A stretch of 64,000 bases of DNA from Trichoplax sp. H2 (taxonomy: Eukaryota): positions 1 through 64,000 of the forward strand of contig NOWV01000185.1 of assembly GCA_003344405.1 (NCBI GenBank). The letters run 5' to 3'. Shown piece after piece: positions 37,694-51,659 of this stretch. The position numbers and the translations under genes were made by a program. Below the pieces are notes generated by a model, which made no database searches, was not told where the DNA came from, and saw only the letters and a program-made list of their open reading frames with translations. How positions within the stretch are numbered: position 1 is the first letter of the stretch; each line of letters starts with the position of its first letter.

Positions 37694-40600
37694 GTATACG
37701 TATTTAATAAGCTTAATTAACCACCCGAAAGGATGTCGAGCGCGTCGCTTTGTAATATTCCGCAGTAAGATGACTATTTTTACAGTAGTGTGCCGCCTAT
37801 GACAACATCGATTCCTTCCTTACAATCAAACGGATTTTTAAGCGAAATAGTTTACATGAAGATCAATTAAGGTTTTCTTAATTGATTTTATAAATTCGTA
37901 TATATGAGCATTAGACGTACGGTATGTTAGATGTGCAAGTGTACGAGTAAAGATAGATTTAAATATTTTATAAAACCTTTTGAATGAAATCTTAAGACTA
38001 AACTTCGAAATATAGCCACGCTTTATAGTACTGCTACAAATCAACGTATCCAGCACTGATTCAGTAATAACCGGATTTCTTGATAGCTAGTCTTCAAGTA
38101 GTACTATAAAGTTTCAATATTAGATGTGCAGTAAAACCGTGCAACGATTTTCTATGCTCAATTTAAAATTTAATTCAATATATGATCTAGTTTAAAAATT
38201 TTATCCTCAAAGATGCACCCAAATGTTGCTTCTATTTTCTATGGATATGCTGGACTAAGGTGCATGGTAGCAAAATATTCAAACTTAGGCTAGTTTTGTC
38301 TAAGAATTATTAACTTTTGTAGATAATTTTGTTGTTTTCAATCGCTTTAGGACAAGTTCCTGCACACTTTATTTATGTATGGTTTCGGAGAGATTCCTAA
38401 GATTTTTGTTAAGAATTTGCGATCGGAATAGCTTGGTTAACTGTATTCACTCATCAATTCTAAAACACGCAATACGATTTTAATAAACTGTAAAAATAAA
38501 ATTAATTTTATCATCTCGCAGTATTTAAATTACACATGGTTACTGTAGTTTCACTGCCAGCTAGTATGTCATTTTGATTTCAAAAAATAATGGATATCAT
38601 TGGTAAGTGAATTTGAATACTCTGATACAATCATAATCCATGTCCAGCACATAATACGAAAAGACATACATTGCATGCAGTCACGGAATTCGGTATAGCA
38701 TAACAATGTTACGCTTACAACTGTCTAGATAAGTTCAGTAGCCGATCGTCTTCATAATACAGTACTTGCAATGTCCACGTAATTGTGAATAACACTAATC
38801 ATGAACCTTGTATAATGTCCATAGCTTAATAAGGTTGTTGCTAGTTTTTCGATTGAAGGCTAGAAATTATATTGCTACGGCATCGACTTTGAACTTTCAC
38901 TGCATTTGATTTCGATAATGCAGCTGGGCAACAGATTAGATTTTTCACCCCAATTTCTCGACATCTTTGCATAGCATTTCGGACGGTAGTGCTTTCGTAA
39001 AAAATTTCAAACCATTCAGTCAATACGTAGAATTCGGACAATACTGAACACAAATCGAATTTCTCGATATGTTGCCGTAACGAATCAAATCAATTAAAAT
39101 TTATATTTAATCTACGCTAATGCAGAAAAAATAACTGTATATTGACTACAGTATACTATTAGACAGTAGTACGAGTATTACTAAGTGAGATTTAGCTATA
39201 AAGTTAATTCGCGTAGTAGAAGTAGCGTTAATTATAATTATAATGCTTACGTCTTAATAGATTCTAATAGGTTCTTTCGATGTGCATCAACACCATTACC
39301 TCGCCTAACCGCTTATGGACTATACGCGTAGTATACCCGCTCTGAAGAAATTTTTATTTTTAAACAACTTGGTTTTGATAGAAACCAATAGACATCAGAG
39401 CATTAAATGCAGCTATTATTTAAAGTGTTGGCCGGCTAATAAGCATCTTTCTTCGTTATATCTTCCATAGTAATTTAACTTTCAAGCGCACATTAGTTTA
39501 ACAAAAGTACTACCGTACTTAATTTACTAATTATATTTATATCTAAGAAGCATACTGTTAAGCTTTTCAACGTCTAAAATCTATCAATCTCTTGTGCTGA
39601 TCTAACTTTACATGGAAAAATAGTACAACTGCTGCCAAGGTAAAGCACATAAGTGCATCAATAGCAAAGATACAGTACGACTTTAATTATTAATCGAGCT
39701 CACTTCTATGGGCATATTTTTAAGGAAACTTGCCATTTGAATTCCAGAGGTAAGGACCTCCTTTTACGATAGGATAGGGTATCAAATTTAATATCAGAAT
39801 GCGAGAAGAAATATAAAATCAGTGTTCAATTTTTTGACTGGCATTTATGTCCTCCCATGTTTATAGCTAAGTGAATTGTAACGTAGGGTATTTCTATTCA
39901 CGTCATAACGTTAACATGTTCTTTGCTAAGCGAACTAAAATTATGAATTAGCTAGGGTGGGATTAGTTTATCTTACAACTACCAAGGACTATCTAGCTGT
40001 AATCATTTATCTATCTGAATTATTACAGCAAAGGTCATCATTTATAGACAATTAGTTACAAAATGATTCTTTTATTACCACACAACCACAATTTGCCAAT
40101 TAAATCACAAGGTCAGTTTTAAATCTCCTATTACGCGATTTATTCATAATTCGTACTTCTAATTATAGCGTCAAAATATGAATCTCTTAAAACAATACTC
40201 ACTTACTTAGCGCAATCTCTTTATATCGTAAAACCTTATATAAATATCTCAATAAAATTGCTACAATATGTACCGTAATCTTCTTTCTACAAATAGACAC
40301 TTACACAACCTTACAATCAAACGTTAAATTTATCTATTCTTGCACTGTACAATTTTATAAGAGTAAGCTTAAGCTAATTTGGGATGTACCACATTTTATG
40401 AGTAGATAGCTTAAAATACTGCTATCATGTTTGGTATATGTTACAATTATTATGCTGGAACAAGACAATGCAAACAATAAAAAATGCTCTACTGTAGTCT
40501 TAATTTTACATGTAACATAGAGCCAAAAGGATGCTCAATTCATTGTGCTATCTTTAATAGGAGCACAAGACACGCTCCTAGAAGTACTTAGTCTAATACT

Positions 40601-43600
40601 TTCCCTTGATAAATGTTCAGGAAACTCAGCTGTACAAATTTTTACTTAACGTTGTCTTGTTCTACGTTAGATTATGACACATGGATTTATTGTAGTTGAT
40701 AATCCAATTTTCAGCACTAATAATATTATTGATCTTAACAACAATAATAATATGCCTTGGAAAATTTAAGAGGAAATTCGATTATAGTATCCTGTCTTAT
40801 CATTGTCTCTTAATTATTGACGGAAATAATTACGAGAATATCTGCAGGAAATTGTAAAATAAGACTTTATCTTTATCTTGCAATGTAATTAGAAAATATA
40901 CCGGTTTCATAAATCAAACTGCAGGGATTTAAAAGTGAAAGTTTGAGTAATTTAAAGATAGTGATCCTATCATACCTGACAATTGGGCATCTTATGATTC
41001 CTAGTAGGAGTAGGATGAGGCAACGAAGTAATCGATTAGATATTGCCCATAGTAATTCATAGCTTTTATTTACAGTAATTGAAATTACTTCCTCTTTCCA
41101 AATAAATTAATGTAGTATAATATTATATAATAGCCTATCCTGTTTCCATATCTATCCGTGAATGGAAATAAATTAGATTCAGTTATAATTTTACCAAATT
41201 ATTTATTTACGAAATTATTAAGTCCAAAGAGTTTTGTTATATATTATTTAGTAATATGCGACTACTGTAATGCTTAACTCCCATATTTACGAATTTTGGA
41301 TGAAAAATATTATCTAGATTACTGTTTCATTAATAAGATTAGGAGAAATAAATAATACAGCCGTCTTGCAAGATCTGTTCGTGATTACATTTCTCATTCT
41401 TATGAAGCCAAACAGTGCGTCCTTTGTTAGTATATCCATGTTGTCTTATAGAAACAACATTTCATAACTACTATTGTCATCATCAAAACAATTGCATTTG
41501 TAATAATATAGTGCTCGGGTACATTACAAAGACAATAATTTACTTATGAATGCAATAGAGACTATTATCCTTTAAGTACAGTATACGAGCGTAGCTAACG
41601 AAATGTGCTTATAAACCTATCATTGATATCAGTCAATCGACATACCGGTAGGTAAATTATAGTTTGATAGTGATTACTAATATTACTATTATACACATTT
41701 CGAACTGGAATGCACTTGTTATACTCTCGCTAGCCTTACGTCCTTGAAAGGCTAAAAAGTGTCGATTTAAAGTGACAAATTTTGATACATTAAAGTATTG
41801 GTAAAAGGATTACTGGTGATGCTAATTAAAATTTAAAACCAAAGCAGCATTTCTAGCGTAATGTGCTAATTTTTTATGCTAAACTTGTTTTCGTAAAATT
41901 GTCCATAAAGGAGTTTTGTGCATGCATGTACTATATTTTTGTGATACATGCGTGTATATATACAATATACTCAAATCTATATATATATATATACATGTCC
42001 TCAAGCGTTTCTAATGACGCATTAGCGGTTGGATAACAACACGATGACAAAAAGAATATTTACGGCTGTAGTAGTGCTATAAATAAGGTTTAATTACTAT
42101 ATAGGTTCTAAACAAATAACTCAATAGAGCATCGTGACCCATAATCGTACGTAGCTGTTTATATTGAATTACGGATAACTCTTACTATGATAAATTTGTC
42201 ACGTAGATATTATCCACTATAAAAATTATCATATAATAGTTGTTTGTTTTTAAATTATGAATGTGTCACCGAAGATTGGAATCTGAATGACGTCGTTGTC
42301 CATTTTCTTCAGTATTATTGAGTTGTAATGATAGGAGGAGTTCTAAATCTAAATTGTCTATGATATACCATATAATAAACATTGTGCTTCGTTTACGTCT
42401 AGATCAGGTACACCTTAACCTCTAATAATATCCGAAAGAAAAACACGAATAAGGGCCTTAAATATTCAGTTTCTAGGCCACTAACAACATAAATTACCCT
42501 ATTATGTCATTAAGATTAGCTATATCATAAATTTACTTACAAAATTGTTGAATTTTACCATTGTAAAATAGCCATAATTTATAATTTATCTCTTATTATT
42601 CAGGTAGAGGTTAACTATGGCACGAATTTCTGAGATGATTAGGATTGATAATGTTATGATAAGTTACTCATTATAATTTGCTAAGCATTTGGCTTGCATT
42701 AAGACTTCATTTATAAAAAATATATAACAACATTGACTTAGCTTGATGAGGATAATTTAATTATTAATATAACGCTTTTAAGCTTGTCTTAAAAATATAT
42801 TTATGTATTTTCTTGGAATTCATATTTTTTATATATTTCTAGTATAAAGAACACTTTTATGAAAGTTGTGTTCTCAATATGTTAATTATTGTAGCCACAT
42901 TTGTATTACAAACATTAAGTTACTAGTGAGTTGTGAAAAAGCCGAAATAAGCACTAAACTCTTTCGCGGGCTAATAAGACGTAAATCTTAAATAGCCACG
43001 TAAGACGATTCGGTGATTGCATCTCACTAAAAATGGACATAAAATTAATCAATATCGAATATATTATACTTTAAATTAGTACATCAATACTACAATTCTT
43101 AATACTGAATGAGGGTAGAATTTTTAAATTACGAAAACATTTCATCATGATCACTTCTCTTGGTGATCCATCGATCGAAGGTTTCATTTATAGCTACAAA
43201 TACGTATGTATGAATAGGCCAGACAAATTCATTGCCATGCATCATGCTTCTATAGATTAACTATTCTACTATACTTCATAAAGTATTAGCAATAAAGGAA
43301 CTGTTCTAATCATAGTAAAATAGATCAATTGTTACTGTAATGCTATAATGGCTGCTTTAATAACATAATTTGAATGTAATCTTAACTATATTAACAATAA
43401 TTTTTATATAGGCGATTTAATTGATCTTGATCCTTCTATTTGATCGTTTATAGATATTATTAGAGCTAATTACAGATCACTTCAAGCAATGTTATAGTAA
43501 TAAACAACGAAATACAATTCTAGAATTGCGAAGGTTTATGGGTCGATTGATTTTATTGCACTATGCTAGAATTACTGAAGAAATATCGAAATAATTCGAG

Positions 43601-45498
43601 TAAAAATATACAACGTTATTGCAAACAATTCTATTTCGAAATAACAGTTTCTATAGGATATAATTTGATAGACGCACATCGATTTAATGATATTATATTG
43701 CTTATTAAATAACGTATTAGCATAATATTGACAAATAATTGTCAGATCAGTTTAATTACTACGTAAGAATGATGAATTATCTCATTCTCTAAACCATATT
43801 AGATATTAAATAAACCTTCGTAATGTCATGATAATACTATCATACCTTGTTAAGATTACTGCCCTCTATTCGGAGCATATTGCGTGAGTCAACAATTCTT
43901 ACATGACATTTTTTTTATTATATTAAAGTTAATTGTATTAATGATAATATCTATAACTGATATAGTAATAATATAAATTATAATATTTTCTAAAGTAACG
44001 TAATAATATAGACTAGATTAACTCTACTTTACTTTAGCAAGAAAGAATTCGAAATAATCCTTATGAATATAAAATTCATACGGAATAAGTGTTGTTTCGC
44101 CTTATTCTCATGTTGTTATATCTATCAGCTGCAGTAGCGATGACTAAGATCGAAGTTCACAATTTATACGAGTATTACCGCAATGGTATTTTTGCAGTAT
44201 AGTAATAATATCTTATCGATTTTGTCAATTTTATATATAAATCATATGAAGTCAATACGTTCGGTTGATTTAAGTATTGAAGTGGCGAAAGATGTATGCG
44301 GCTCAGATGCAAGATGAATAATCATTTTGTAGACTACAACGGTTTTCGGTCCTTGTTATTTAGGAAATATTAGAAAAAGAGATTTCCTATTAGATCATCA
44401 CTTTTTGCGAAGTAGTCATTATCATAACAGGAATGGGATGATGTTAATATGCCAAAAAGTCGATCTAGATTTCTGTATCTAGGCGATGATGATACCTAAC
44501 ATATTTTCGTAAATAATATAACATAACAAAAATTTGCTAATATTGCCATGATGAAACTGTGCTTTAAATGAGATACTAGCTTTTATTGTGCCACAGAAAT
44601 AGGGTGCAGAGTCATTCATGGCTTATCGTCAATTTTACAATAAATTGCAGACATGTGTTGTCGTTATGGATGTTTTTAAAATAAATGGATCCAAGAATGT
44701 GATTTTCAAGTAGAATTATACTATTTCTGTGTATGCCAGTACTTTTTTTAATAGATCCGAAGTAGTTATCGTCATAGAAATACCACAACTTTCTCTACTT
44801 GTGAGTTAAATCATACCTACTATAACGATTACATTTATTCCTTTACAGCCAAAGCGCCAACTGTTGTACAATTTTTGGTGGAGTTGATAAGCATTACCAT
44901 AGAAGGAAGGACGATGATAGCTAGAACGATGAACGGATACAGAAGCAGTAGACAGCTAAATAGTGCTTTAAGTAATTATGAATATTCACATTTAAAGGAT
45001 GTATAACATGGGATAAGCTTAATTAAAGAATTTTTGTTAATTGTTAGAAATATTATTACAGCAGAGGAATAAATTCTATACAGATAACAGAGGGTTTATT
45101 CTATATGAGATATATTTTTAAACGAATTAATAAGACAACAACATACCAAGCAGATTATTGAATTAAGCATACGGATTACTTGTATTCGCAGGACATGACG
45201 CCCCTAGCGACGAATTAATCAACAATGGATTACAGCTGAAACTAACCGCAGATCGAATGTAAGACATAGTAAGAATCTATGGACGATTGAAGAGTTGTAC
45301 TAAATAGCCATTAAGATAACTAAGTTCATCGCCCTTATTATTTGTCATGGTACAATTAGGCTTGAAGATATTAATAACGACCATGTTATTGATGAACTAT
45401 ATTAGGGAATATTGTAATATAAGAGATCAAATTGATTTATAAATAGATATGTTTCACTAATATTACTTAAGACAAAGGTAAGGGTCTGATTGCCGTTT

Positions 45499-46575
45499 TC
45501 ATGCTTTAGTTTGTTGTGCGGCACTTAATCGATTCCAGTTTGATTTATAGCTAGTATCATTATTACATGATGTTATCGAGGTACCACCACTGTAAGCGTG
45601 ATAAGGCTTACAAGTAATCATAGCAACAAATGCTCTCCTTATACCAGGATTGAAGAAGCCATAGATGATTGGATTGATTGCACAATAACTTAGTGCTACT
45701 GGAAGTAAGATATCGCGATGGACAGCTTGTAATTTAGCAAAAATTTCATGATGAAAGAGGAGCTGTTGTCTCTGAGCAGCATGTCGACCATAAATGAAAA
45801 TGATGACCGTAAAAATAATATATGGTGTCCACATTATAAAGAAAGTGCCGACCATAATCAGTAACGGTTTAGCGGCATGGACACGTCTGCGTATCTCATG
45901 ATGCACCTCTGCATTTCCGGGTAAATTCTTCTCTCTAATATCTCGCATATGCTTTAAAGCAATTCGACAGATGGAACCATAAGCAAACAGCATAATAGCT
46001 AACGGTAGACCAAATGCAAGGGCATAAAAGCAAGTAAAATAGATAAATTCTTGCTCTGCATCTCCTACCTTAGGGCATTTACGATCAATAGGATCATATT
46101 TTCTTAGGACAAAAACAGGAAAAAAGGATAGGAGAAAGGCTCCAACCCACACAAATATGAGAGAAAGAAAAATTTTAAATTTGGTAATAATCTGACTAGA
46201 GTGAAAGGGATAGGCAATGACGATATATTTTTCCAAACTAAGCAGACTCAGATGAAATGATAAATTAGCTAAGCTAAAATTTCGAAATGGTCCAAATAAA
46301 TGACAAAAGATCGAGTTGATACGAAAAGATAATACTTCCAATGGATGTAATAAGCAGTAAAATATCGCAAAGATAATAGTACCTATCGCCATACTACTGA
46401 TGATAATATTCATTACTTTACGTAGTTGGCGACGTGATAAAATGAGATAAATTAGCAAACCATTGTTTAATAATGAAAAAAATCCAATAAATTCATAAAT
46501 TATAATCGATGCCAGTTTAGCCATTAACAGATCATGAGTAGAAAGAGGTTTTGGCACAGTTTGATTGACGGACAT
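45499..46575 (-). CDS. Class A (rhodopsin-like) orphan GPCR, intronless CDS
   Basis: 358 aa with seven hydrophobic segments, N-terminal sequon NQT, TM3 Cys, EKYIVIAYP, TM4 W, TM6 FFIMWTP, TM7 NPIIY, helix 8 IRRAF. Confidence 0.95.
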   Translation of the reverse strand: MSVNQTVPKPLSTHDLLMAKLASIIIYEFIGFFSLLNNGLLIYLILSRRQLRKVMNIIISSMAIGTIIFAIFYCLLHPLEVLSFRINSIFCHLFGPFRNFSLANLSFHLSLLSLEKYIVIAYPFHSSQIITKFKIFLSLIFVWVGAFLLSFFPVFVLRKYDPIDRKCPKVGDAEQEFIYFTCFYALAFGLPLAIMLFAYGSICRIALKHMRDIREKNLPGNAEVHHEIRRRVHAAKPLLIMVGTFFIMWTPYIIFTVIIFIYGRHAAQRQQLLFHHEIFAKLQAVHRDILLPVALSYCAINPIIYGFFNPGIRRAFVAMITCKPYHAYSGGTSITSCNNDTSYKSNWNRLSAAQQTKA

Positions 46576-46687
46576 AGTTCTGGATTTTTTCGTTTTTTCG
46601 AATATAACTTTGACGTATAGATGAAATATCTGCAGGCTATTACTGGAAAGCTCTGGCTGTAGCAGTTGTATTTAAATAATCAACAGC

Positions 46688-47582
46688 CTGTGAATAAACA
46701 AATACATCGAGGTCAGATATTAATCGTTTACCGATGTGATTAGCGTCATTTTGTAATAATAGTCAGATTATGGTATGGATTGTAGTTACTTCCGTGTCTA
46801 AAGTGTGCATTTCCAATCGATCAGCTATTATAGTTTTGTATAGAAATAGTCTGTCCAATCAATTTAACCGCTAAGAGATTATCATTGGACTGTAATTAAT
46901 ATTTTTTTTTTTGCTTAACCTAGGTAGAATTATTATTTGGTATTACAGTTATTATAGATAATTATTGATCTTAGAATGAAAATTTGATTAAAATCGCTGA
47001 CGGGTGTATACTATTCAATAAGTGCTAATTTTTAACCACTTTTTATGTACTGTATCGTGTGAATTATTTTATTAGACGATATTGATGTGAGCGCGTTAAA
47101 ACTAATCACTTTCGATTGGATCAATTTTTTTCTTTCCTATGTACGGTTTACGTCTTGATTAGTATTGAACTTAAAACTACCTATCATTTATTCAATGTTC
47201 GTGTTGGTTATGAAAAAAAGGAATTGGTCACCGCACTCGGTGTTATCCTTTCACGATTATACAAATTTAGACACTAAGAGCTATTAAAAAAAAAATTAAT
47301 CTTACCTAGATTTAAATAGACGTTCGATTGGGATAGGCTGAAAGTAGCTATGAAAGATTATGAATTGATTATAAGATCAAAAGAGACAGATCCAATAGAT
47401 CGCTAAGTAGAATTACTTTCGGTATACTATAGGAGGGACAATCTTGACAGAATTACAAAATGGAAGAGAACTTACGAAAAAAAGGCTTGTCCGGATGACG
47501 GAATAATTTTGATGTTGTTTCTTGTAGAACGAGTTGAAATGCGCTAAATGGATTAGTCTCCACCAACAAATGGCTTTTATAT
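46688..47582 (-). promoter_or_regulatory. Probable 5' UTR intron (46688-47305), untranslated exon and TATA box (47575-47582) of the first GPCR
   Basis: Minus-strand acceptor tttattcacag, donor tag|gtaag, and ATATAAAA ~270 bp further upstream. Confidence 0.4.
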
Positions 47583-50500
47583 CAATAGTGGATCAAATAT
47601 AAATGGTTGATGCGAAATAGGTAAATAAAGATGTAATGAAAAAATCAATAAATAAGAAAATGATCAAATGATGTGTAACAATAATTAATCAATAGCATCT
47701 GCTAGTAAAAGGGCTAATTTGCTTGGCTTCCTATAGAGCAAATTTTATCTGTTAAACTATACAATAGTGAAGGGAAAGAATTTTCCTATTTTTTTTCCTA
47801 ATTGTTATTAGTCAATCTATTGACAATCACAGAATCAATACAGCTTTTGTTGATGATATCAATGAGAATATGTAAATAGTACGGAGTCTCGTTGACTACT
47901 GTAGCATTAAATTGACATTTTTACCGTGTTTCTAATTAAATATTGTTGAGGAATTTGTTATAATTAATAGTATTAAACGTGATAATTATTAATTAGAAAA
48001 ACGATTCTTAATGATAGTATAACTTGTAAAATAAGGTGATGAAAATAAAAATTCACTCTTAGAAATCAATCCTCCATACTTTCCCGATAAATATGATAAT
48101 ATGGAACTTATTCGTCATCATGGCGTAGTTTAATCTATCGAAATTGAACTGCAAGTAGAGTATTTATTTACTCAATCATCATCAGCAATTGAGAGAATTA
48201 ATAGGTGCAGTATTCTTGAATTAGTTATTTGAAAGCTATTTGGTAATATTCTCACGTCATGAAAGTAAGAGGATATAAATCAATTTTTAAAATAATAATT
48301 TATATATTCGATGAACTGGGTTGGTCATCAATATTGTTATACCGATGATGAGATAATATTGGCTTACTGCCTTTAAACTTGATTGATAATGATTGTTGGT
48401 TGAATAATTCTCATCAGTATTAATTATACTCCCATCCGGTGTAATTTAGATTGTTACATTATTTAAATATTGATTATCTAGTCAAATTTGAGTTACTATA
48501 GAACGGTTATTATCTAGTTAAAGTAGCCACATTATAGCGATATTGTTCTTGCTTTAATGCCAGGAAGAATAAGTATTCTGATCTTCATTTCCTCTTGATC
48601 GACCCCCTTTAACCTCTTTAGAATAGCTCAATTCATCCTTTCTCAAAGGCAACTGATGTGAACTTTATTGCATTGATAAATTATTCACCCTATTTTTCTA
48701 AAAATTGTATGCAGATGGAATAGAGATGGCTACTTATCAACTGATTATAATTGTCACTCTTTTATGGCCTTACTCGAAATAGAATGGCTGCATTTACCAA
48801 GAGATAGGTAGAGTGATGTTGCATTTTATAGGCTTAAGATGTCAATATTATTATGATAAAATAGATTAATCTTCATTCTATTTCTACATCGGCATAAGTG
48901 AATTTTATTGCTTTGTAAAATAGACTAGAACTATCTTTCTATCTGGCAATAAACTTTTGAATTTTTAAATTTTGACTGACTACAGTATGACAGCAAGATG
49001 CTCCCTTTTCTAATCCTAGCTCACTACAACAAACAAACTAATCGACCCATTTCATGGTGAATGATCCAATGGAGTTTACAAATTGATGTTGATCGTATCA
49101 ACTTGATAATTTATTCTATCCTTCGATTGGTAATTTTCCCTTCATGGATAGGACGAGAAAGCAAGTTGGAAAAGTTGGAAAATATGATTGCCAAATTGGC
49201 TACAAAGATGGCGTAGCAGAAAATTGTTGGTGTGATCGATCGTGTGTGGATGACGTGGTGTTTTTTAGTTCGATCCAATAGGTAAGGTCAATCACTGGCT
49301 AGCATCACCCAACCGATGTCAAGCACAGTTGACACAATTGCAATTTTCCCTTATCTCCTCTATCGACTCAGTATTGAATGAGTCAACGTTATCGAGCGTC
49401 ACCCTCTTTGGCAATGATGACGTCATTCGACAGGTCAGTTCTACTTGATTTGATGCCTTGACTTCACCTACCCAATGACTTCAATTGATTCAATAATTGC
49501 TGTCTGACTTTCAATGGCCTAATGAATAAAAAAAAAATCAATGGCGTCGAGAAGAAAATAAAATTGTCGATCAAGTCTATTTGATCAGGGAAAATAGATA
49601 GAAAAAAACAGATGATTGATCATGGGTATTGATCGATGAATATTCTCCTTTTGCATTAACAATGGATTCATGATAATTTAATTTTTTGTTTTAGACTGTT
49701 AGAAGATGGAATAAGAGTATCCTTGGCAATCTTGTTGTTTGTCTATTGGAAGAGAATCAAACATGTTGACTAGCCAAGCATAAAGAATTGTCGTTGTTAG
49801 CACCATCACGTTATATTTTAATGCGTTCAATTCAATAAAAGAGGATAAAAATCATACTCGCTATTTTCCTTGAGTGGATTATTATTCTAATGAGAGAAAA
49901 AAAGTTAAATAGAATGAGATAGATTATAATATAATGATGAAAAGTGTTATTTGTTGATGTCAATATATGGCTGTCAATAGACGTGATGAAAAATACATTT
50001 CCCAACGCAGTGAAAGAATTTTCAATACAGTTTTATTAGTTTATTTGGTCAACTGCTACAGAATAAGATTAGCTGTAATAAATGACATCAGAAATGATAT
50101 TTTAAAGGCTTAGTAAAGCCAATCAATTCTCGGTTAATAATCCCACCCATCTTATTTTGGATCAAAATAATCAATAACGTGATAGCCTAGCTAAGATGAC
50201 TTCATCGATGACGAAAGATGCCTGGAGAAAACAATTTAGTCACTAATTTGACGCACTCAACTACTTTACAACACAAAAAATGTTGACAAAAAGAGATTTA
50301 AATTAATTATAATTCTATTTCATTGACCAGAAGTCATTAATCTGGCGTTGAATTAATTTTAGCTACTGATAAATAATTTACTGATTTCTACATTCTGGTA
50401 ATTTCTCCAGCTACTTTCTATTGGTAACAACACCTATGCCAATTCTACCTCATCAGACCTGTCTTGAACTATCAAGATGATCGATTCTATGTACACACAA

Positions 50501-51659
50501 ACGATAATCTTAATCAATAATTGTATTCAACATGGTTTATAAAAGTAAGTAATTATCATTTATTAGAACTTCTCTTTTATATATATCAAGTCACAGAAAC
50601 AAGTATATTAATAATTGAGTAGTTAGTCTATAAAAGATCCATAGTAGATATCGTATAACAACGAACTTATTTGAACCTATACTCGATCGAATCATTTCTT
50701 GATGACAAGTAGAAAATATCTTTATGAATTCCGCTATGCTAATTGCTTCTTCAGTAGCCAAGAATAGCGGGGCTTAAGTAACAGTGGCATGAACAAAAAA
50801 TAATAACCAAGTTAAAGTGTAAGAGTAACCTGACAAATTATAATATCAAATAATTATTAAAATAGCGATCATCACTCCGTTGTCAGATCGAATCAATAAT
50901 TGAATATAAAAATTTCTTCATTCTTCTTCAATAGTTTACTGGAATACTGGAAGGATACTTTAAATCCTGTCTACAAATTAATTTCAAATCCGGTTTTAGC
51001 GAATCAAAAAATCATCGTTTCATGGTAATAAATTGGGTTAAAATAAGGAAAGATAAATGTAAGCGTATATATGTTACTAACATATATACAAACTCAAATA
51101 TAAATAAAATTATTATGAAACTATTTATTGTGATGTAATTTAGAGAGTTATTTTTAATGCGACTGCTGATACAATCTAGCAGGCTAATCATTAATTAATA
51201 TCAGATCGGATGTTGAACACCTTACTTTCATTTATTGTAATCGCTTCTTTATTGCCTTTACACCATACCAGTACAGCAACAAAGATTATTAATCAATTAA
51301 CCAGTATAAAAGTCGTAATCTTAATGATTGATATTAATAGCAGAATATTTATCACCAAGAATTAATTATTGCTACACAGAGCCTATCTGTATTCCGTTTC
51401 GATATAGAATAGAGACAAAGTATACTATTAATTTCCCGCTATAAAATCTAGCTACAGAATAGTATTTACAAAAAACTAACGATACATTCTCAATAGCTAA
51501 TATTTGATATTACTCATTAAAGGAAAATTTGGAAGTATTGTATCTATCGTAAATCCTATATAAATAATCATATGGAATCATTAAAATACAGTACAATCAA
51601 TGAAAAATAATAAATTTTATATTTCATACACAAATTACTGATGTTGTGATAATTTGAGT

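Noticed and set aside
37800..45400. Hidden genes or RNA genes in the region after MEST
   Set aside because: Only short AT-rich ORFs; no consistent exon chain and no tRNA or snRNA motif seen by eye.
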